From: Selaginella moellendorffii
Lineage: Eukaryota; Plantae; Lycopodiophyta
DNA: 64,000 nt
NCBI RefSeq assembly: GCF_000143415.4
Contig: NW_003314266.1
Coordinates: 2,068,463-2,132,462 of the forward strand
Direction: 5' to 3'
Shown: one piece after another, positions 25,651 through 36,782 of the stretch
How the letters are laid out: the number at the start of each line of letters is the position of its first letter
Position numbering within the stretch: the stretch's first letter is position 1
Translations under genes and position numbers: made by a program
The notes under the pieces: model-generated
Seen by the model: the letters and a program-made list of their open reading frames with translations, nothing else
What the model was told of the DNA's origin: nothing
Database searches by the model: none

Positions 25651-27894
25651 AAAAATCATCCTAGATTTCAACCATGCGATGATGGAATATAGGCTTTTAA
25701 ATATATAAAGACAAGCTCCAGCTGGAGCTCCACCTTCTCAAGCCAAACAGGATCACTTACATGAACAATCCTGACTAAGAATCACTGCTGCTTAGCATTG
25801 TCACTAGCTTTGTTGGCGACCTTTGCAAGAACCTCTGCTGGGCTGTGGCCACAGGTTGGACAATTCACACAGATTAGTTGATCTTGAGCAATTCTTGCTG
25901 TGATGCACTCTTCAAACACTTCTAGTCACTATTGCACCACCAACCTCCGCTCTACGCACTCCAAGGCTGTTGGATGAAGCATCCTTCCAAAATCCTTTTC
26001 TTTTATTCTACTCCTTTCACTTTTACACATGCTGGAAAACACCCTCTCATCAACCTCCCTTCCAGCCAAATATTCCACTATAAAGAAGGATTACTCTTTA
26101 GCTGGCTCTGCAACAAATCGTCTTGTCTTGCAGCCATGGAGGATGGCTTCAACTACTTCGCTACCAGGATCACAGTCCTGGCCACCACCCACCACTTTGG
26201 CTCCTCATCCTTGGCCACGTCAGTGCCAGCAGATTTAGTCTTGTGCTGTCTCTGATCTGGGCCTGCAAGATGCACAATAATTCCAAGTGAGTAGCGGCAC
26301 ACCAGGCTATTGAAGTTGTTAATAAGCATGATGGCTGGAAACGGGCAAGCTTGAATGGCTATGATGGATGGGGGTATGCCCCATCATATGGACCACATTA
26401 TTCTTAAGATATAGAATCTATTTGGAGGATGCCGCTGTCAATGGTCTTGATTTACAAATAACACGCCATACCATGGACGGCTTGGAGACATGAACCAAGT
26501 ACTTAAGCTGGTCCAAACACGCTCGGAGACAGGCTTGCAGCATATAACATGTACAGAAACGTGTTATGACATGACAGATATCTTCTTCTACTACAAGGAA
26601 CCAAAGGGTCTATTAATGAATCTACTTAGCTAAACACATTTTGTATTAGTGATAATTATGAAAATTATAATTAAACATGTATTTATGCCTAATACAAATA
26701 TTATAAAATATATTTTAAAACTTTTTGAATTGGTTTTTGGTTTGCTTAAGCAAACCTGTAGGAGGACTGAGATGGTAATGAATATACTTAGAATATGCTT
26801 GAATATTCTTGGATATTCTATCATCCAATGGTGGTTATTCATTTAGATTAATTTCATATTTATAATTTATAAACGTGTTTATAATTTATAAACTTTTCTA
26901 ACCACTTTATATCATCATGAGCATACGTGGTTTTTGGAGCATGAGCCAAAGAAACTATATAATGTATAGTGCATTGGTTAAGCTCTATGTCCATAATGGC
27001 AATTACAAGGGAGCTCTCAAAGTTCCACTGCCAAGGCCCTCAATCCAGGATCTGCCATGAAGCAGAGAATCTAGAGCCAAGATGGACGAAGCAGCCATTG
27101 ATCCACATGAAGGGTAGAATGAAAAATAGGAGGAGCACTCATAGAGGCCTCCCAGCCTCAATTGTGACAAGCATGAAGCATTGAAACCAGCTCAGGGATT
27201 TGAGTAGTGCCCCCTCGAGATCAATCATGATGCTATCGTCATTCCCGGCCGCTGCATTGTCCACTGGCTCCAATGGATTGCTCTTGTCCCTAGGAAGCAT
27301 CAAGAAAATCATATTTGGACTAGTGAATTGATTGAGAATTGGCTCTCCCTGGAGGTTTGAGCTGAGAGCCACGATCCAGGATCAGAAACCCGCTATGGTG
27401 GTACTGATTGATTGCCCAGAATCAATCAATCAACCTGGAACGCATCTATGGATGGAGCTTAGATCTTCCTCAGTATGGCTCCCTATTATGTGAGTGGGCA
27501 GTGGGTAGAAAACAAAGATCAGTGGAGGACAATCTTTCTATTCCTATTCATTCCTCTTTTCTAAAGCGACTGATAGAGGGAGATTGTAGCAGCTGAGGAG
27601 TACAGTCAGGCTGCTTCTAGCTTCAGCTTGGTCGATGATGAGAAGTATCTGGCAAGGATGTTTACAAATGAGGAGAGTCAGTGCACGAAAAGGTTGAAAA
27701 GGTTCAGAAGCTGCCGAATTGGTTTATTGTCTACCGTAACCCTAAGTTTGGAAAAGTTGACGGATTTTAATTTTTAGCTCAAAGTTTTATTCTTTTATGT
27801 TTTTGATTCTTCAAAGTGAAGTCTAGTTTATTTTAGGATTTTTTTACTAGTATAAATTAACTAGAGGTAATTCTATTTAATCAATCACATAGAT

Positions 27895-29498
27895 ATGTCA
27901 GATTTGGATTGTGCTATGGATATTGTTCAGTCATCACCAGCTGAGGATTTGTCTACAGAATCAAATTCTTATGAAGGTTTGGTTTTTCTCTTTATTCCTT
28001 AGTATTTCTTGATTTATTTCTCTTTGGTTTTGTAGTTTCACAAGCAAAGAGGACAAAGTTGACCATCCTAAAAGCCACTATTGCATCACTTGTCTTTGAA
28101 AAAGCAAATTCAACCAAAATTCTTGAGCTGAAGGTTTTATCTACGTATGGTTTTGAAATCGTTTTTTTTCTGTAGTTTTGATTTGCTTTTTGCCTAGGTA
28201 TGGAACTTATAAAGTTCATCTTGCAAAGAACACTCTGCGAAGTGCAAAATACTTAACTTATATAATGGATTGTACAGATATGCATGGCTTGCAAACTTTA
28301 ACTATATATGGTGATTCATCCATGTGTGCATGATTATATAATAAATTTATGGTTGGTAAATGTTTCTCACTTACAAGGTTTGTAATTTTTTAAAAAAAAA
28401 TTAACAAAATTATAATTCTCTCACTGCAGATGGGTTGAACAACAGAAAAACCCAATTTACCACCATGGAACTTCAGAAAAAGTTCTTTATATTACAGATT
28501 CTTCTATCATTCAAATTATAGATGATTTTGATGTTAAATTAAGATTACAGCCAACTAGAGGAGCTTCTATATCATCTTTAATGGCTACTAGAGTTTATCC
28601 ACAAGCTATACATGTTGTTGTAATCAACACTGGTGTTTTTCCTAAAATAAAGATTGCTTCTTCTGATAATCCTTTGGACGTAACTATGGTAATGTTTTTT
28701 TCTATTTAATTTTCTATTTCTAAGATATTTTCACAGCTCTATATGCATCTGGAGCATGAAGAGCAATATCATCATATTGTAGCAGATTTATATGCTGGAT
28801 ATATGCCAAAGTTTTTATTTTTTAATATTATGAAAAGCATGAGTGCATCAGGTGATTTAGCAACACTTGGAAATACTTTATTTTTGCCACTAGTTGATTC
28901 AAACGAAATTCAGAGGCTCAATGAAGTTTATAAAACACACCGTGGTCTCACTTCTAAAGACAAGGTAATGTAAATTGTTTACATCTACTTTCAAATCTAA
29001 CTTCCAATTATACAGATTAGTGGATATTTCATCCCTGACAACCAATAGAGTCTCACTCAAGCTGAAAGTCTTTGCTCATTTTGCTCTTTCACAATGTTAG
29101 AGCAGAGAGAAGATGGTTTTGTTGTTTGCGCAAAGTGTAAAGGGCGTTCCATCCCTCGTAAATCAGCTACAATAACTGGTTCTATTATATCAAATGACAT
29201 GATGGAATATAGAGTTACAGTGCGTGATAAAATGGTGGATAAAATTTATAATTTGGATGAAGGGTCTATGGTCAAGTTTGCTATGGAGTCCCCAGAAAAG
29301 ATTGCTATTTATCTATCTTCAAAACCAACAGGATTCTTTCTATTGAATGAGGCAAATATTATTGTCCATTTTGAGACACCAAACAATTCAGCTATGGAAA
29401 TTGCCAACAACCAGATACAATTGTCTCTTGTCTATTTTTCAATTGCTTTCTCTATAATACAAATATCTATTCATGAAATCTTGCAATGCTTCTCTTAA
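27895..29498 (+). pseudogene. RPA70-like OB-fold ssDNA-binding gene carried by the Helitron (about 6 exons, two in-frame stops)
   Basis: Spliced translation gives MDCTDMHGLQTLTIYGD...LYNKFMVGKCFSL, ..NPIYHH..LYITDSSIIQ (DBD-A-like), and C4 zinc finger CSFC-x13-CAKC followed by ATITGSII..YRVTVRD (DBD-C-like). GT-AG introns. Stops are TGA 28331-28333 and TAG 29046-29048. Confidence 0.65.
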
Positions 29499-29803
29499 CA
29501 ATTTCTAGATTTCAAAGCACACAAACTAGAAATCCCATGGCAACGACTCACAAGATTGTTGCTGATTGCATTGCACATTCAATTAGAGAACTAATATGTG
29601 AGAATGATCGTGCTCTTACTGGATCCTACTGGATAACTTACAAAAGAAAAACAAAACAGCTTAGAAGAAAGTTAAATGGGAAGGCACACATACATCAAAG
29701 GTTTGTTTTGGTTCTTGGCCCTCGATATCCATCTCTGGCAATGTTGAGCTCTCCTTCACCCTATAGTAGCTCAAAAGAAATCATTTCAAGTAGAACCTAC
29801 ATC

Positions 29804-30402
29804 AAGACATCTCACTTGACATTTTGAATAACTTTCTTTGGACTTGGCTACCTTGTCCAGAGCTGTCACTATCAGTAGAGCCTGAAGATGCTCTACTGAC
29901 AGTGAAAAAAAGAAATCATTTCAAGTAGAACCTGCATCAAGGTATATAAAAAAAATGTCCTAACGAGAAAGAAAGTTACAAACTACTTCAAACCATCTTT
30001 ACGTCCATCGACTTTTCAGGGACTTGTCATTGGATGTGCGAGGGTTTTCCACACCCAACCCTGTAAACTGAAAACATCATGCTAGATACCAGTCTCCATA
30101 GTGAGAACAATGTTACTTGTTTGTGGAATCATCCTGCCTAGTCGAAGATATCTCACTTGACATTTTGAATAACTTTCTTTGGACTTGGCTACCTCGTCCA
30201 GGGCTATCACTGTCAGTAGAGCCTGAAGATGCTCTATTGACAGTGAGAAAAAAAAATCATTTCAAGTAGAACCTGCATCAAGGTATATAAAAAAATGTCT
30301 TAACAAGAAAGAAAGTTACAAACTACTTCAAACCATCTTTGAGTCCATTGACTTTTCAAGGACTTGTCATTGGACGTGTGAGGGTTTTCCACAGCCAACC
30401 CT
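29804..30402. repeat. Diverged ~258-bp direct repeat (29804-30062 and 30145-30402) inside the Helitron
   Basis: atctcacttgacattttgaataactttctttggacttggctacc...gagggttttccaca occurs twice; a partial third unit lies at ~29773-29805. Confidence 0.92.
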
Positions 30403-30903
30403 TGCACGTCCAATCAAAATCATTTCACATGGATTCTTGGGCAAGACCCAAGAATCCATGCGAGGTAGTGGCGTTAAACCCAAAAGAGATCTAGAAACAA
30501 TACAATTGAGCAGGCAGTCAATTACCTAAGTATGCATGAGTCTGGTACTTGTGCTCACATTTCTCTCATAAGCCCATTTTAGGCCCATTTAAATAAAGAC
30601 TTAATATAGCTTTAGGGCATAAATGGCTTTCAATGGAATAACATTGAGAAGTAAGTAAAAGGTCTTTGACTGGTCTAGATTATCAATTATCAGCCTTCAC
30701 AAAGCTGTTGATTGAAAGATAGAGAATTAATACTTGCTGAAAGTAGGCTAAAAATAGTCCATTCGGTTCGATTGTTGAATCTCTTTAAACAATCTTGATC
30801 AGCTAAACAATCATAGAAAAAATTAATCTGGATGCACCCACCTATCCAGTGGGTGTAAGGACATCAAGGGCAATAAGGGCATTTAAGTATAAAGGGCAAA
30901 ATT

Positions 30904-33900
30904 ATGACAAAGAGAAAATTTGAATGGACAGAACTTTTAGATGCAAAATTGTTATCAATTCAAGGATCTGCAAAAAAAAAAGCAAAAGAACTAAAATTCA
31001 ACCATAATATTGATTTAACTGAGCAACAAATTGTTTCTAGATACTATTATTTATCAAGAAAGAATAAAAATGAGCAAATAAAAACTATTAATATATCCAA
31101 AGAAAAACATGAAGAAAGTACTTTACAAAACCAATATACAACAGAAGAAGACAAAATACTTATGGAAACTTAGAACTCACAAAAACAAACAAATGAAAAA
31201 ATAAATATTTTTCGACAAAGAACAGGGAGTACTATATCAGATGAAAAACTTAAAAGAAGAGTATATTATATTAGAAGTAAAGAAAAAAAATCAATAAAAG
31301 AGAAAGAACAACAAGAAAATGAATATGACATAAACAATCCAAAAAGTATGAAAGCATTACAAATGTATAATGAAGCTATACATGATATACCGATACATCC
31401 ATGTAAAATATGTAAAAGACTTTGGTTTAAATATAATAAAAAACAAGAATATGCATGCAATCAATGTATGACAAATAAAGAAAAATATAAAAGTCCAGAA
31501 AAAATAAGAATGAATCAAATTGATCAATATACAGAACAACTAAATGATATTGAAGAGAAAATGATAGCTCTACGTATTTTATTTGCAAATATAACAATAC
31601 CAAATCAACCTCAATGTCAGCAGCGCATAAAAGGAGGAATAATAAATGTCCCAACTAATATTAAACCAATAATTAATAAACTACCAAGAACATTTGAAGA
31701 AACACAAACAATAACAATTCAGCTGAAACGAAGATTAACTGATAAATATTATTATAAATATGGAATAGCCAGACCACATTATATTTATAATAGTATAAAA
31801 CAATTACAAGAAACCGAACTATATAAGAAAAATAAAATTAATATAGATGAAAACTGGTTTCAACAAGCACAAAATTTAGATAATATAGATAATAACGCAC
31901 AAATAATATTAGAAAACGAATTACAACAAGAATTAAATGAAGATGATGAAAGTGTAAATCTTATAGACAACCCTGATAATGAGATATTACCAACAGATAC
32001 TATGGTAATTAGCTTCTTAGATGCAAATCAAATAGATAATTTTACAAATAAAGTTTTAGTTATAGCACCTAGTCAAGGACAACACCCATTAGGATTATTT
32101 GTAGATGAAAATGCTGAAGAAATGGCATATCCAAAACTATTTGGTGGAAAACCAAGACCATTAGATATAAAAAATAAATTTACATATCAAGAAATAATCC
32201 AATGGGAATTAATGAATGAGGATAGAAAATTTGCACGACATATTGAACATATATTTACAGCAGCAGTAAAAACTGAAATCAAATTTGTTAATCAAAATGC
32301 AGGTTTTAAATTAAGAAAATTTACTTATGAAGGAAGAAAAATCACATCAAAAGATGTGCTTGTAAATGGAAATATGGATAAAATATTAAAATCAAACATA
32401 GGTTTTAGAGATTTAAAAAATCTAAGAACATCACCAGATAATTTAGAAGCACTAAAAAAAGATGCATTTGCCATGATAAGACAATTAGGACCACCAACAC
32501 TATTTTTAATTTTTAGTTGTTCAGAAAGACATTGGGAACCATTAATAAATGCTTTAAAACATTTAAATACAGATATATTACAAAAAGAAGAGATAGAAAA
32601 TTTAAATGAAAAAGAGAAAATATATAAAATACTAAGAGCTGATCCAATCACCACAATACGATATTATGCACATAAAACATCAGCATTTAGAAAAATATTA
32701 ATGTCCAATTATCACATATTTGGAAGGAAAGTAAAAGACTATATATTTGTAACACAATTTCAACAACGTGGTACACCACATGAACATGCACTAATATGGT
32801 TAGAAAATCCACCACAAACATTAGAACAAATAAAAGAATATGCTAATGAAAATATATGTACTGATTTAGAGAAACTACCAGATAATATAAAAGATGTTCA
32901 AACTCATAAACATAGAAAAACAAGTAAAAAATATAAAAATATAAATTGTAGATTTAATTACCCAATTCCTCCAATGCCACAAACAGAAATCTTAGAGCCT
33001 ATAAAAGACATTACAAAACATGAAAAGGATTCATATACAATAATTTACAAAAAAATAAAAACAATACTAGAAGATAAAACTATAGATCTAAAAGATTTAG
33101 AGTTTGATGAATATTTAAAAATAATAGGAATAACATATGAGCAATATAAAGCTACAATAAGATCAACAATAACAAATACAAAAAAATTTTATAAACGAAA
33201 ACCAAAAGACATAAACACAAATACTTTTAATAACAAATTATCAAATCTGTGGCAATCAAATGTAGATATACAAATTATTCTTGATCCATATGCAGCAGCA
33301 TCATATTGTTTATCATACATTGCATGTATTGAAACAGAAATAACAAAGACATTATCAACTGTATTTAAAAAATGCCAAAAAGAAGGAACAAATGCATTTA
33401 ATAGAGTTCGGTTATTAGGAAATAGCTTCATACGTGGTAGGGAAATGCCAATTCCACAAGCACTTTTTTTAATATTGTCAATCCCATTTCATCATATGTC
33501 TAGAACTGTAAAGTTCATTGATACTAAACCACAAGAACAACGAACAAAGCGTTTAAAAATGAAACAAGACCTTGCAAAAATGCAAGAAGATGAAACAGAT
33601 ATAGCAGTATCTGGACTAATTGAAAAATACATGCAAAGACCAGAAGAATTAGAAGATTTAACATTAGCAGAGATAACAACTGAATATATAATTGAAAAAG
33701 AAGTAACAACACGAAAACATAAAAAAAAAAATATAATTAGATATATAAACTTTAGTAAAGAAAAAGATCCAGAAAAGTGGGCATTTGAAAGATTAATCTT
33801 ACATAAAAAATTTAGAAAAGAAGAAGATCTTAAAGAAATGTACACAACATACATGAATGCATATGAAGCAAATATGGAACAAATAAATGAAAAACAACAT

Positions 33901-36246
33901 CGATACATATATAAAAAAGTAACAAATGAGAATGAATTTGATTGGGAGAATCCAGAACAAGAATCAAATAAATTATTAAAAGAACAAGCACAGTATATAC
34001 AAGAAATAAACACAAACCAAACAGATGAATTTGATATAAAGAAAGATTTATTCAAAATGAAAATTAACAAAAAATTAAATTTAAATATAAAAGATAAAAT
34101 TTTAACAAATACAACAATTATAATACAAGATGAATACCTTATGGAAACTAGTAAATATCACCAATTATTAAGAACTCTTAATAAAAAGCAAAGAATAATA
34201 CATGATGACTTCATATTGAAAAAAATAAAACAACCTAACAAAAAATTATGCTTATTTTTAACAGGAGGAGCAGGAACTGGAAAATCAATGCTTTTAAATA
34301 CACTTATAAAAACACTCAAACGATATTATAAAACAAACCAAGATATAAATAATGAACCAGGACAAACAATATTAATAACAGCACCTACAGGAAAAGCAGC
34401 TTGTAATATAAATGGTTCAACAATACATTCAGCTTTTGCATTTCGACCAGAAGCATCAAAACAACGTCAAACAATATTAACAAATGACACATTAGATAAA
34501 TATAAAAGAAAGTTTTCAACAATAAAATGTTTAGTAATAGATGAAATATCAATGGTAAGTATAGAAATGCTACAAGATATAAATAGAAGATGTGAAAGCT
34601 TCAAAACAACATATGGAATAGACTTTGGTGGGATGGATTGTATATTTACAGGTGATTTCTATCAATTAAATCTTACATTTGAAGCACCAATTTATTCAAC
34701 AAAAACATATAGACCTGAAAATGATGTCTCCATACACCACCCATGGAAAAATAATTTTAAAATCTATGAACTTACTGAAATAATGAGGCAAAAAGATGAT
34801 ATAATCTTTATAAAAGCTTTAAATAAAATAAAAATAGGAGAACAAACAGATAAAGAGCTAGAATATATAAATAAACAAGTCACTACAGATACATATAACA
34901 CAGAATACTATTCTATATTTGCAACTAATGAACAAGTAAGAGAACATAATGAAAAAATAATACAACACATACAAGGTAAAGATATAATTATAGAAGCACA
35001 AGACAAACATGGAAATTCCTGTCCTACACATTTTTCGCTGCCAGATGACACAAGAAAAACACAAGGACTACATAAAATATTACATTTGAAAAAGAAAATG
35101 GCAATTGAAATAACACAAAATATAGCAACAGAAGATGGATTAGTAAATGGAGCAGATGGAGTATTACAAGATATAACCCAGATTGAAGAAGAACAAATAA
35201 TGTGGATAGAATTCCCAAATATAAAAACAGGTGAAAAAACAAGAGCTAAAGAAAACATAACAATAAAGCAAAATAATGAAAAAAACTGGACACCAATAAA
35301 AAAAATAACAAGAACAATAAATATTACTAAAAATAAAAACTATGTTATAAGTAAAACCCAATTTCCAGTACAACCATGCGCAGGAAGAACAATACATAGA
35401 GCACAAGGATCAACAGTTATGCAATTAGGATATGACCCATATAAAACAAAATATCTAGGACAAGCATATACTGCATTATCAAGAGCACAAACATTAAAAG
35501 GGATACATTTATATAGACCAATTGAACATAAACATATTAAAATCAATAAAGATGCAGCTAAAGAAATAATAAGAATGACAACAGAAGCACCATGGCAAAT
35601 TGATCTAATAGATTTACAAAAAGAAAAAACAGCTAAACAAACAATTATACAAGTTCTAAATACAAGATCTATTACTGCACATCAAGAAGATATAAAGAGT
35701 GATTCACAATTATTAACATCAGATATAATATGTATGCAAGAAGTAAGAACACAAAAACATGAGGATTTATATTTTAATAAATATAAATCATATATACATG
35801 AACAACCCCCACATATAGCAATATTGCATACAAATGACTACAAATCAGAAATAGTAGAACATTTAAAAACAGAAACAATGGCAATGTCATATGTATCACT
35901 AGAAAAAAATAAAAAACAATTACAGATAATAAATTTACATAGAAAACCTGGAACAAATATACATATATTCATAAAACAACTACAAAAATATATACAGAAA
36001 ATAGATAATAAAAAACCAGTAATAATTACAGGAGATTTTAATATTGACTACCAAATAGAAGAAGTAAAACCACTTCAAACAATAATGGAGAAAGAAGGAT
36101 ATATACAAATAATAAAACACAATACACGTAATAATAAATTAATAGATCATATATGGATAAAAGATATAATATATACAAAAGCAGGAATAGCACCTGCATA
36201 TTGGACAGATCATAACAAATTATATATCATAATAAAAAATATTTAA
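30904..36246 (+). CDS. Helitron RepHel transposase: two Myb-like repeats, HUH Rep, PIF1 helicase and C-terminal AP-like (EEP) endonuclease; one premature TAG at 31171-31173 (longest open part 31348-36246)
   Basis: Rep motifs GPPTLFLIFS, QFQQRGTPHEHALIW, DPYAAASYCLSY. Helicase motifs TGGAGTGKS, TAPTGKAA, IDEISMV, GDFYQL, EIMRQKDD, TIHRAQG, QAYTALSR. EEP motifs LNTRS, ICMQEV, IITGDFNID, IDHIW, WTDH. Intronless. Confidence 0.95.
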
Positions 36247-36782
36247 AAACAAAAGCAAACCAAGCGTTGCTGCAACGCAATGCGCAGCAATTTATTATAA
36301 TAGTGGCTAATTAACAGCTTCTTGCTGTAGCTAAATCATTCTTCACATGAGTCAATTTATTGTCCTGCCAACTCAAAAACCTAGAGCTGTTACTATATAG
36401 TCCTATATTTCCAACTCAAAGAACAGGATGAAGTGGTGTGGATGGCACTCGTCACTGGGTTTGCACAGCAGAAAGATTGCAAGATTGCAAGCTTAGCATT
36501 AGATGGCATGAAGGTTTACATGATGGGGTTTAAGAGAAACTCTAGTAAAATGTGTTAGATCCAGCTTTAGTGTACCTTTCTTCTTTATTTCCTCGGCTTG
36601 GACAAAATTTTAAAGTTGGTAGAGCCAATGTTATGATCCAATGCAAAAAGACAAAAATCTAGTCTCCCTAGACTATGTTATACCACCCAACCACCCTTGA
36701 CTTCTACTGTGGCACCTTTAAGAGTCTGGAAACTTCTGACACTTTTGCTCAATGCAGCATATCCAGGGAATTCAAATCATCA

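Larger units (their letters stand above)
26737..36290 (+). mobile_element. Near full-length Helitron2/Helentron-type rolling-circle transposon (~9.55 kb)
   Basis: 5' TTGGTTTGCTT (26737-26747) overlaps the palindrome GGTTTGCTTAAGCAAACC. Its reverse complement AAGCAAACCAA lies at 36253-36263, immediately followed by the hairpin GCGTTGC-T-GCAACGC (36264-36278). T-runs flank both ends. Contains RepHel-EN and RPA-like genes. Confidence 0.85.

Noticed and set aside
26757-30900. Fanzor/TnpB-like cargo, which some Helitron2 elements carry
   Set aside because: No RuvC motifs were seen. The C4 finger sits in an RPA-like OB-fold context.
31266-35956. Hydrophobic minus-strand ORFs within RepHel
   Set aside because: An artefact of the A-rich sense strand (T-rich antisense gives F/I/L runs).
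36291-36304. AATAG|T as a canonical Helitron1 CTAG|T 3' end
   Set aside because: It is not CTRR, and no matching TC 5' end was found. The asymmetric inverted repeat and hairpin model fits better.
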